A DNA stretch of 64,000 bases from an uncultured virus (IMG/VR IMGVR_UViG_3300032268_000759) (IMGVR_UViG_3300032268_000759:1-64000), one strand, 5' to 3'. Counted from the first letter of the stretch, positions 19,076-27,019 are shown. A program made the numbers and translations. Notes: generated by a model not told the origin, from the sequence alone.

Positions 19076-19342
19076 ATGAAACAAGAAACAATTGAAGAAG
19101 CTGCTGAAAATTATGGATGGAGAATTAAAATAAATACATTTTCTGACCCTGTAAAAGCTAATGACTTAGCAAATTCTGCTAAACAAGATTTTATTGAAGG
19201 TGCTAAATGGCAAGCTGAAAGAATGTATAGTGAAGAAGATATGGCAGAAGCATTTATTGCTTGTTGGAAAGCAAATGTTCCTGATGGAATTGAATGCAAA
19301 GTATCATTTAATGAATGGTTTGAACAATTTAAAAAGAAATAA
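19076..19342 (+). CDS. Bacteroidota-phage small protein (KQETIEEAAE...GAKWQAERMYSEE family)
   Basis: Motif recognised. Confidence 0.75.
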   Translation: MKQETIEEAAENYGWRIKINTFSDPVKANDLANSAKQDFIEGAKWQAERMYSEEDMAEAFIACWKANVPDGIECKVSFNEWFEQFKKK

Positions 19343-19346
19343 CAAT

Positions 19347-19691
19347 ATGAGTGGAGGACATTTTGATTACAAGCAACATCATATCAATGAGATTGCTGAT
19401 AGTATAGAAAGAGTAGTTGAGAACAACGGCCGTAAAAAGACACAGGAGGAACTAAAAGAGGAATCTTGGCGTGGAGATGATTGGTATGAAAGATACCCAG
19501 AAGATTTACACCACTATAAGTACCCAGATGAAGTGATTGAGAAGTTTAAAGAAGGCCTAACTATCATGAAACAAGCAGCGATATATGCCCAACGCGTTGA
19601 TTGGTTACTATCGGGTGATGATGGCAATGAAAGTTTTATAGAGCGATTACAAAATGATTTATCGAAATTAGAAGGAGGCAAAAATGTCTAA
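19347..19691 (+). CDS. Conserved phage protein (MSGGHFDY...DWLLSGDDG family)
   Basis: Motif recognised; start revised to MSGGH. Confidence 0.8.
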   Translation: MSGGHFDYKQHHINEIADSIERVVENNGRKKTQEELKEESWRGDDWYERYPEDLHHYKYPDEVIEKFKEGLTIMKQAAIYAQRVDWLLSGDDGNESFIERLQNDLSKLEGGKNV

Positions 19692-19920
19692 ACAAACAGC
19701 AGTTGAATGGTTAGTAAAAGAATTTAGTGAAATATTAGGACCAATTAAAACTGGGGACATGCAGCATTTATTATTGGTGGATGCAATTAAACGAGCCAAA
19801 CAAATGGAGAAGGAGCAGATAATTGATGCTTGTAATTTACAAAGAAATGATTATAAAGGTATGCCCACTTATAATAAAAGTGGAGAACAATACTACAATG
19901 AAACATACGGAGACAAATAG
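19684..19920 (+). CDS. QTAVEWL-family small protein
   Basis: Paralog of 7628..7834. Confidence 0.75.
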   Translation: MSKQTAVEWLVKEFSEILGPIKTGDMQHLLLVDAIKRAKQMEKEQIIDACNLQRNDYKGMPTYNKSGEQYYNETYGDK

Positions 19921-20000
19921 AGGATGTAATAGAGGGTGCAATAGGAGATGTAAAGGGGATGTAAAAGAGGATGTAGAAGAGGATGTAAATAGGGGACGTA
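19919..20000 (+). repeat. Tandem array 1: 7 x AG(A/G)(G/A)G(A/G)(T/C)G(T/C)A, period 11-13 nt
   Basis: Units at 19919, 19931, 19943, 19954, 19966, 19978, 19991. Confidence 0.9.
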
Positions 20001-20221
20001 GAAGTAATTACTTAATAGTAATTAAGTACTTCAAAGGAGGACTAGTCATATATACCTATATAAGTAGATACGATTAGGTGATATAGTAGGTGACAAGTTG
20101 ACAGGGCATAGTACAAGTTAAGGGGTCAGGGATCCACCCTTTCACCCACCCAGCCAAACTAAAGTTCATCGACAAAGTATATACTAGGCTTGGCCATTTA
20201 ATAAAAAAATGTTATATTAGG

Positions 20222-20550
20222 GCGCGTCTTGGTTAGGGGCGGCATATGTATAACGGACAAAAGGTCACACTCCTGGATAGGTAAAGTCACTGGCCAAGTA
20301 GTTAAACAATATCATTACCTATTACGTTGGGTTTAAACGTGAAATTAGTTGGTTTAAACAACAGTCAATTCGAGGTCGCCCAAGTAGGTGATCCAATACC
20401 AAGTGGTATTAAAACGCAGTTTAAGCAACAAAGAGGATGTAAAGAAGATGTACTAGAGGATGCAAAGAGGATGTAAAGAAGATGTACTAGAGGATGTAGG
20501 AAAGGAGATGTAAAAAAAGCCAGGCAAAGAGCCAGGCCACCTTACTGCTC
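20222..20550 (+). ncRNA. Candidate promoter-driven non-coding RNA (or origin-priming transcript)
   Basis: Promoter 20189-20220 fires into a GC-richer tract with no ORF in the track; stems ATAGGTAA/TTACCTAT and AATACCA/TGGTATT. Confidence 0.4.
20432..20512 (+). repeat. Tandem array 2: 7 x AGAGGATGTA-like, period 11-14 nt
   Basis: Units at 20432, 20443, 20455, 20466, 20477, 20489, 20503. Confidence 0.9.
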
Positions 20551-20614
20551 AAATGTTTGGCTTCGCGATCAATTGATGTTATATTTATATCATAATAATT
20601 AATAATAACAACAT

Positions 20615-20983
20615 ATGAAAGTATTAACATCAAACAAAGCATTATTTAAGTTCGAAAACTTCGGACAACTAACTATTAACAATCAAATCGATAAAGATGA
20701 TTTATGGGGTGAAGGAGATAATTGGAAGTTATTTCTGAAAGAGAATAAGGAATTAAAAGAGTGTTTAAAGAAGATAGGTAAAGAAATGTTTGGCTCAGGT
20801 TATAAGATTAAAAAAGATATGTTTTGTTTAGTTAATCTTCCAGAAGCTAAAGAATATGATACATTGTATGTTCAAGTAACAGGAGATTCATCACTTTACT
20901 TTACTGAAGATTTTAGTGAGTTTCACGAAGATTGGAATACTGAGGAAAAATGGGGAGTGAAAGAGTGGATTGAGATGATTTAA
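20615..20983 (+). CDS. Early small hypothetical protein (cassette)
   Basis: Own promoter 20556. Confidence 0.75.
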   Translation: MKVLTSNKALFKFENFGQLTINNQIDKDDLWGEGDNWKLFLKENKELKECLKKIGKEMFGSGYKIKKDMFCLVNLPEAKEYDTLYVQVTGDSSLYFTEDFSEFHEDWNTEEKWGVKEWIEMI

Positions 20984-21078
20984 AAAACATTTATTGTGAA
21001 AAGCTTGGCTGTAACATCGCTAGGCTTTTCATTTTTTTGATGTTATATTTACAATGTAATAATAAATAATATAAAAAT

Positions 21079-21339
21079 ATGAAATTAACATTAGAACAAT
21101 TAAAAGAAAACTTTTTAAACAATTTTATCATTGAAAGAACTGAGTTATATGAAAATAATGATGGGACAATAGATGATGAAGCCAAAGAAGATTTGGAAGA
21201 TGATATTAAAGAGATGAAAGAAGAATTAAGTAAAATTAAATCTCTTAAAGGTATGGTTGGATTATTTGATGATGAGAGATTTGAGAGTTGGGATGTACAT
21301 GGAATGATAAGATTTGTATTAGAAGTTTGTGTTGAGTAA
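21079..21339 (+). CDS. Early small acidic protein (cassette)
   Basis: Own promoter variant 21020. Confidence 0.75.
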   Translation: MKLTLEQLKENFLNNFIIERTELYENNDGTIDDEAKEDLEDDIKEMKEELSKIKSLKGMVGLFDDERFESWDVHGMIRFVLEVCVE

Positions 21340-21393
21340 TGTTTGGCCCTTCGGGGCCATTTTGTTATATTTACTAAGTTAAAATAATAATAT

Positions 21394-21615
21394 ATGAAAG
21401 CAGCAGATTTAAAATTAGGTCAAAAAGTTAGATTCACTCAAAATGAGGAAGTAGGCGTTTACTATGACAACTATTATGGAGCAATGACTCGTACATCAAA
21501 TGTAGAGTATGTGGGTATAGTTAAGGAAATTGTTAGTAAAACGTGTGTTATAGTAATGGATATGGGTGGAGATACTCACCCAGTTGAACCAAGAAAAATT
21601 AAATTGGAACAATAG
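21394..21615 (+). CDS. Early small SH3/KOW-like protein (cassette)
   Basis: LKLGQKVRF...GIVKEI; own promoter 21342. Confidence 0.7.
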   Translation: MKAADLKLGQKVRFTQNEEVGVYYDNYYGAMTRTSNVEYVGIVKEIVSKTCVIVMDMGGDTHPVEPRKIKLEQ

Positions 21616-21674
21616 GTTTGGCTATGTTGAGTTTTGATGTTATATTTACTGAGTAAAAATAAATAAATAAAATT

Positions 21675-21890
21675 ATGACAGTTAACGAATTAAAAGACAT
21701 ATTAGAACAATTTGATGGTGATATGGAAGTTAAGTTTTCTTACACATCAAGTGATTATTGGAAAACACAAGTAGCAGCAAATATTTTAGATGCTGAAGAA
21801 GGGTATGTTACTTATTCAGATTATCATAGAATGAATAAGGTTAGTGAAGATCAAGATGATGATACAGAAAGAGTAGTATTGTTAAGCTAA
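21675..21890 (+). CDS. Early small protein (MTV.EL...L..FD.D.EV family)
   Basis: Own promoter 21617. Confidence 0.75.
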   Translation: MTVNELKDILEQFDGDMEVKFSYTSSDYWKTQVAANILDAEEGYVTYSDYHRMNKVSEDQDDDTERVVLLS

Positions 21891-21955
21891 TTTGGCTATG
21901 TTGAGATTAGATGTTATATTTAAAATGTTAAATTAAAAAAATAAAAATTAAGGTT

Positions 21956-22159
21956 ATGAAAAATCAATTAGAAAAATTAGAAGGATTTATCGGTACGGAA
22001 AGTGGTAAATCAGTAAAACGCGGCAGACCAATTCTTGAAGGTTCAAAACGCCAAATGCGTGAGACAATTAAGGCAGCAACAATTGCTGCAGGTGGAACCA
22101 TTAAGCGTGGTAGACCAAAAGGTTCAAGTAAGCCGAAAGCAGCTACAGTAGCTGAGTAA
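21956..22159 (+). CDS. Small AT-hook DNA-binding protein
   Basis: Two KRGRP motifs. Confidence 0.7.
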   Translation: MKNQLEKLEGFIGTESGKSVKRGRPILEGSKRQMRETIKAATIAAGGTIKRGRPKGSSKPKAATVAE

Positions 22160-22165
22160 TTAAAG

Positions 22166-22190
22166 TGGGTCGTGTAAGCGGCCCATTTTG
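22166..22190 (+). terminator. Intrinsic terminator
   Basis: TGGGTCG/CGGCCCA stem + TTTT. Confidence 0.65.
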
Positions 22191-22245
22191 TTTGGCTTCC
22201 CGGGTATGTGATGTTATATTTATACTGTAATAAAAAATAAATAAT

Positions 22246-22503
22246 ATGAACAAGACAGAACAACTTAAACACGTAACAAAATCAGTTATCACATTTATGG
22301 CCGCTTTAAACTATGAAATTATAGATGATGAAGGCGGGAATTTAACATTTGATAATGGTAGAGGTAACAATAACAATTATATTGATTATCATAGATCATA
22401 TCAAGATGTATATGTTATGAATTGGGCTGATGACAGTACAAAAGAAATAGCAAATAAATTAGAACAGTTTGTTAAAATAGTTAAACAGGGCTTGGCCCTG
22501 TAA
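22246..22503 (+). CDS. Early small hypothetical protein (cassette)
   Basis: Own promoter 22191. Confidence 0.75.
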   Translation: MNKTEQLKHVTKSVITFMAALNYEIIDDEGGNLTFDNGRGNNNNYIDYHRSYQDVYVMNWADDSTKEIANKLEQFVKIVKQGLAL

Positions 22504-22542
22504 TTATTTTATGTTATATTTACAATGTAATAATAAAAATAT

Positions 22543-22908
22543 ATGACAAACGGATTTATTAAAAAAAACTTATCAACAATTAAGGAATTATTAATTTCAA
22601 ATGGGTTGGTTGATGAAAATTGGGAAACTGGTGAAATTTATGTTATTGATGGTAAATGGGGTGGATTTAAAAATGATTATTTTACAATTTCATTTATACA
22701 AAAATGGGTTTATAAGGATGATAATGTTGAACCAAATTGTATAAATATTAATGGTAAAAATGTTTATTGGAGTTATGATAGGAGAGATGAAGGGGCTTTT
22801 GATGTTAAATATTTGATTGGACGTGATAGTCGTTATGGTATTAATGATGAATGGACTATTAATTATTGGTTAAATAAAGGTGTAATTCCTGAACCATTTC
22901 CACGTTAA
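22543..22908 (+). CDS. Early small hypothetical protein (cassette)
   Basis: Own promoter 22491. Confidence 0.75.
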   Translation: MTNGFIKKNLSTIKELLISNGLVDENWETGEIYVIDGKWGGFKNDYFTISFIQKWVYKDDNVEPNCININGKNVYWSYDRRDEGAFDVKYLIGRDSRYGINDEWTINYWLNKGVIPEPFPR

Positions 22909-22968
22909 TGTTTGGCCTTCGGGCCTCATTATGTTATATTTACCGAGTAATAAAGATAATAAAAACAT

Positions 22969-23166
22969 ATGACACATTCAGTTTACACATGCGAAGATTT
23001 TAAAGTTGAAGGTAATATTTTAACTATTTGGGACGCTAAAGAAGTAGCTAAAGTTAATGATGTAGTAGGATTAAATAAAGTAATGGAATTAACAACTTAT
23101 AACACTTTAATATGTCCTGACATTTATTTACGTAATAGAGAAGTTGATATTATTATGTTTAAATAA
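22969..23166 (+). CDS. Early small hypothetical protein (cassette)
   Basis: Own promoter 22911. Confidence 0.7.
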   Translation: MTHSVYTCEDFKVEGNILTIWDAKEVAKVNDVVGLNKVMELTTYNTLICPDIYLRNREVDIIMFK

Positions 23167-23224
23167 TTGATTTGGCTATGTTGAGTTTAGATGTTATATT
23201 TACTAAGTAATAATAATAAATAAT

Positions 23225-23458
23225 ATGAACATAAAAGAAATTATTGGAGCAGTTATTGAAAGTAAACATGGTTGGGCTGTAGCTGAACAATTTGTAAGTA
23301 CTTGGGATGGTGAGGATTTTGAAAAACAAAATACTAATGCCTTAATTTATATTGAAAAGACAATTAAATCATTAATTGGTGAAGACATTTTTAGTGAACA
23401 TATTGAAGATGAGTTAGTGGGTTATTTATTAGGATTAGAAGAGTATTTGACCATGTAA
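23225..23458 (+). CDS. Early small hypothetical protein (cassette)
   Basis: Own promoter 23171. Confidence 0.7.
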   Translation: MNIKEIIGAVIESKHGWAVAEQFVSTWDGEDFEKQNTNALIYIEKTIKSLIGEDIFSEHIEDELVGYLLGLEEYLTM

Positions 23459-23516
23459 TAATTGGTTTGGCTCTCCAGGATCAAGGTGTTATATTTACTA
23501 AGTAATAATAAATAAT

Positions 23517-23729
23517 ATGAAATTAATTAAAGTAACAACGTTAAATGATAAAAGTCCTATTTACATTAATGTAGAATATATAGGTCATTTTTATGAAGCA
23601 GCAGAAACAAGAAGCTATGGAACAGTAGATAAACCAAAACATACTGTAATAGGAGTAACTACTCATAATAATGGTGGATTTAGAATAACCGAAAGTGTAG
23701 AACAAATATTAAAGTTAATTCAGGACTAA
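23517..23729 (+). CDS. Early small protein (FlbD/SwrD-like fold pattern)
   Basis: LIKVT..ND.PIYINVEYI...ITESVEQILKLI; own promoter 23466. Confidence 0.6.
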   Translation: MKLIKVTTLNDKSPIYINVEYIGHFYEAAETRSYGTVDKPKHTVIGVTTHNNGGFRITESVEQILKLIQD

Positions 23730-23796
23730 ACAAGGTTTGGCTCTCCGGGATGATGATGTTATATTTATACTGTAATAAAAATAATAAATAAAGGTT

Positions 23797-24678
23797 ATGA
23801 AAAACATTGAAACAACAAAACGCGGAAAAGGTAGACCAAAAAAGGTTCAAAATGTAACTTATGTACCATCAGTTATTAACTTTGATCAGGTAACTAAGTT
23901 AAACAGTTTAGATATTGATCCTAAAATGTTAGAATCAATGCTAAGTGGTTTAGGTAACATGGATAAGTTTATATCACACGAAGGTGGTGTTCCATGTGCA
24001 AGTAATATAATGGGGATAGGTGACCCAGGAGTAGGTAAAACAACTATATTATTAGATGTATTATCAGGAATTCAAAATAGGGGTCGTAGAGTGTTATTTA
24101 TAAGTGGTGAAATGGGAAGAAAGCAGATGTATAAATATACAAATCGCTTTCCACAATTTGGAAATATACAAACATTATTCATGAGTGATTATTTAGAATA
24201 CAATACAAAGGATGTTGTAGAACAAATATTAAATCAAGGATGGGATTGTGTATTGATTGATTCAATTGCTGAGATTATTGATGGTGTGAGGGATGATAAC
24301 AATTGGGATAGGAAAATGGCTGAGTCATGGTTAGTTGATATGTGTGTTAAGATGAATAAGGGTGAGAATGATAAAAATATATTTACATCATTCTTATTAA
24401 TTCAGCAAGTAACAAAATCAGGTGTGTTTGTAGGTTCAAATAAACTTAAACATTTAACTGATGCAATGTTAGAGATGAGAAGAAGAAGTGAAAAAGATGG
24501 TGGTGGAACATATATGATGTTTTCAAAGAATAGAAATGGTGAGAGTGGAATGGAAATGGGTTATGATTTAGGAGCAAATTCAATTATATATGGTTCAATT
24601 TCAGAACGTTTTGAGGATGAGGATGAAGATAATGGGGTTGAGTTTGAGTTGACCAACCCAGATATGTTGAGAGGTTAA
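23797..24678 (+). CDS. RadA/Sms-like RecA-family ATPase with N-terminal AT-hook
   Basis: GDPGVGKTT, LFISGEM, VLIDSI, QVTKSG..VGSNKLKHLTDA, KNRNG; N-terminal KRGKGRPKK. Confidence 0.85.
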   Translation: MKNIETTKRGKGRPKKVQNVTYVPSVINFDQVTKLNSLDIDPKMLESMLSGLGNMDKFISHEGGVPCASNIMGIGDPGVGKTTILLDVLSGIQNRGRRVLFISGEMGRKQMYKYTNRFPQFGNIQTLFMSDYLEYNTKDVVEQILNQGWDCVLIDSIAEIIDGVRDDNNWDRKMAESWLVDMCVKMNKGENDKNIFTSFLLIQQVTKSGVFVGSNKLKHLTDAMLEMRRRSEKDGGGTYMMFSKNRNGESGMEMGYDLGANSIIYGSISERFEDEDEDNGVEFELTNPDMLRG

Positions 24679-24704
24679 TTTTTATTATTATTACAGCAGC
24701 GACT

Positions 24705-24725
24705 GAGCCCATAACGGGCTCTTTC
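24705..24725 (+). terminator. Intrinsic terminator
   Basis: GAGCCC-ATAAC-GGGCTC-TTT. Confidence 0.6.
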
Positions 24726-24811
24726 GTTGTGGTATATTTGTTTTAAAATATGTTTGGTTATTGGGATAATTTATGTTATATTTACAATGTAATAAATAAT
24801 AAAATAAAAAT

Positions 24812-25123
24812 ATGAAAAAATTTGAAAAAGTAATTGTTTGGAATGAAAAAACTAATGTAGGACCTTTATTAGTAATTGGAGATTTGATTGATGATAGAAT
24901 TGGGGGTGATTGGGGTGTGTATGATGAATATGAGGAAGTAAGATATAGTTGGGATTTAAGTGATGAGGATGATGTAGAGTTAGAAGAAGTAAGTTTAGAG
25001 GATATTAAAGAATTTGTTGGAGATGGAATTTGTATTGAAGTTGTAGAGGATGATAGGATTTGGTATAATGTTAGTATTAAAGATAATATGTTGTATGTTG
25101 ATTGGTTAAGTATTGAGATTTAA
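24812..25123 (+). CDS. Early acidic hypothetical protein
   Basis: Own promoter 24753. Confidence 0.75.
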   Translation: MKKFEKVIVWNEKTNVGPLLVIGDLIDDRIGGDWGVYDEYEEVRYSWDLSDEDDVELEEVSLEDIKEFVGDGICIEVVEDDRIWYNVSIKDNMLYVDWLSIEI

Positions 25124-25190
25124 GAAATGGAGGGCCTTGTTTGGCCCTCCACATCATTGATGTTATATTTACTAGGTAATAATAAATAAT

Positions 25191-25424
25191 ATGAACAGAC
25201 AAGAATTAATTAACACATTGAAAGAATTAGATGGTGAAACATTAGAACACATCATCAGAATAATTGGAATGGAAGATCAAATGTTGAGACAATTGATTAT
25301 GAAAGCACCTATGTTTCAAGTAATGGATTTAGTGAGGGAAAAGGATTATTTAGACATTGTAGAACTTGAAAGGGCTACAGACAATTATTTAGACATTGTA
25401 GAACTTGAAAGGGATTTGGCTTAG
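25191..25424 (+). CDS. Early small protein with internal 10-aa duplication
   Basis: YLDIVELER twice; own promoter 25140. Confidence 0.7.
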   Translation: MNRQELINTLKELDGETLEHIIRIIGMEDQMLRQLIMKAPMFQVMDLVREKDYLDIVELERATDNYLDIVELERDLA

Positions 25425-25474
25425 TTAATCACTGATGTTATATTTACTGAGTAATAAAGATAATAAATACAGTT

Positions 25475-25636
25475 ATGAAAAAAACAGAAATTGAAGTGAT
25501 AATTGAAGCACTAAAAAAGCAATTAAACACAACTGAGGAAATGTGGAACAATAAAGAATCACACGCCCAAATAGTTGGTTACTTACAGGGCACAATTAAA
25601 GGTGTTATTGGTCATTTAGAAACTAAATTAAACTAA
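25475..25636 (+). CDS. Early small protein (53 aa, not in track)
   Basis: MKKTEIEVII...ETKLN after promoter 25415. Confidence 0.65.
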   Translation: MKKTEIEVIIEALKKQLNTTEEMWNNKESHAQIVGYLQGTIKGVIGHLETKLN

Positions 25637-25637
25637 C

Positions 25638-25790
25638 ATGCAAAATCAACACTTACGAATTGCTAAACAGTTAATTGAACTAAAGTACAATATCCAAGTA
25701 CTGGGTATTGAATTTGAAGATGGTAGTGGTAATAAATTTATTGTTACTGAGTCATCTAATCCAGCTAAGAAACGGTTTATTGTTTTATAG
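25638..25790 (+). CDS. Early small protein (50 aa, not in track)
   Basis: MQNQHLRIAK...IEFEDGSGNKF...RFIVL. Confidence 0.6.
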   Translation: MQNQHLRIAKQLIELKYNIQVLGIEFEDGSGNKFIVTESSNPAKKRFIVL

Positions 25791-25852
25791 ACTGATTTGG
25801 CTCACCGGATTAAGGATGTTATATTTACCGAGTAATAAAAATAATAAATAAT

Positions 25853-26071
25853 ATGAAGACAGATAGAATGACAGCGCAAGACAGAGTGTTAAACCAGTTC
25901 AAGCACACATTAAGAACATCAGGCTCAATTGATGAAAAACCATTAACACTGGCAGAACAGATAGCGCAAGTGGATTCAGCACCAGTAGTTAAACGAGCGA
26001 GTGATGATTCAGAAATAGAAAAGCGTTATAACACTCCAATCTATAGTGAGGTGAGAGCGGGTAAGAAATAA
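25853..26071 (+). CDS. Early small hypothetical protein
   Basis: Own promoter 25796. Confidence 0.7.
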   Translation: MKTDRMTAQDRVLNQFKHTLRTSGSIDEKPLTLAEQIAQVDSAPVVKRASDDSEIEKRYNTPIYSEVRAGKK

Positions 26072-26078
26072 ATAATAT

Positions 26079-26153
26079 AGTCAGGTAGTTTAATGGTAAA
26101 ACGGCAGACTTTAAAATCTGCAACTACATGGTCAGTACATGTCCTGACTACCA
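26079..26153 (+). tRNA. Aberrant tRNA-like RNA: 8-nt anticodon loop CUUUAAAA, non-canonical T loop, encoded CCA
   Basis: AGTCAGG/CCTGACT-A-CCA; D stem GTTT/AAAC; anticodon stem GCAGA/TCTGC; T stem ACATG/CATGT with loop GTCAGTA. Confidence 0.75.
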
Positions 26154-26227
26154 TCGCAAGTAGATTTGACAGCCGCGTAAAGGTGCTGCTACTAAAAAAC
26201 TCAATGACTGATGGAAAGACATCAAAC

Positions 26228-26375
26228 AGTCAGGTGGCGGAATGGTAGACGCTATTAAACGAAGTACAAGTTTGGTGAAGAAAGTATATACGAGAGAACA
26301 TCATATCAACGAACGGGTATGCTCTACGGGTCAAATTTTTGACAGAACTTACAGGTTCGAATCCTGTCCTGACTG
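26228..26375 (+). ncRNA. tRNA-like RNA with a 97-nt insert replacing the anticodon/variable arms
   Basis: AGTCAGG-TG-GCG-GAATGGTAGA-CGC (Leu/Ser-type D arm) ... ACAGG-TTCGAAT-CCTGT-CCTGACT-G. Confidence 0.75.
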
Positions 26376-26436
26376 CTAAACATGTTTGGCCTCCCGATTC
26401 AGTTATGTTATATTTACACTGTAATAAAAAACAAAT

Positions 26437-26736
26437 ATGATGAATCCAAAAATTAGAGAAGCGGCATTAGATTTTATTAAATCACAAATTAGACCAGGAC
26501 ACACATTATCAGGTCAGGAATTATATGATGTGTTTGATGTGGAACGTACATTATTTAATGAGCATTTTGGGGGTATGACAAAAACTGAATTGAGTCTATA
26601 CACCAGGTTTGTTACATGGTTAGACAATTCAAGTATGTGGAAATCGGATTTGACAGTGGATGAATTGTTTGAGGTATTCACAGGGATAGAATATGATTTA
26701 TTAATGGAATGTTATGAAGATAGCTTATATGAATAA
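26437..26736 (+). CDS. Early hypothetical protein
   Basis: Own promoter 26385. Confidence 0.7.
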   Translation: MMNPKIREAALDFIKSQIRPGHTLSGQELYDVFDVERTLFNEHFGGMTKTELSLYTRFVTWLDNSSMWKSDLTVDELFEVFTGIEYDLLMECYEDSLYE

Positions 26737-26953
26737 ACGTAAAACAGTAAACGTGGAATGGTTAAAGGGTAAAGCTAATACATTATTAGCTAATCCTGAC
26801 CTGCTAATGGAAGAAAAGCTGGGCGTGATCACTATGATTGAAATGGTGCTGCTTGAATCAGACAACTATAATGGATTCAGGTTCCTATATTATGTGAATG
26901 GAGCAACACCTGAGTTAGGTACAGATGAATGGACAACCAGAAAATACATTTAA
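26729..26953 (+). CDS. Early hypothetical protein (RKT..VE.L...AN...E.VL....NY.GF family)
   Basis: Motif common in phages. Confidence 0.7.
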   Translation: MNKRKTVNVEWLKGKANTLLANPDLLMEEKLGVITMIEMVLLESDNYNGFRFLYYVNGATPELGTDEWTTRKYI

Positions 26954-27019
26954 CCAATATCAACTAACATGACAACAGTATTTTTATTTATTATTATATG
27001 GGTGGTAATGTATATGGTT

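Noticed and set aside
19823-20077. 84-aa ORF (RGCN repeats)
   Set aside because: It is a translation of the tandem DNA array, has a TTG start and overlaps a real gene.
19919-20512. CRISPR array
   Set aside because: Units are 10-nt degenerate repeats with 1-4-nt gaps, there are no unique spacers, and no cas genes are in the window.
20556-26416. CRISPR or integron interpretation of the regularly spaced repeats
   Set aside because: The repeats are promoter consensus sequences separated by whole genes; there is no attC palindrome structure and no integrase.
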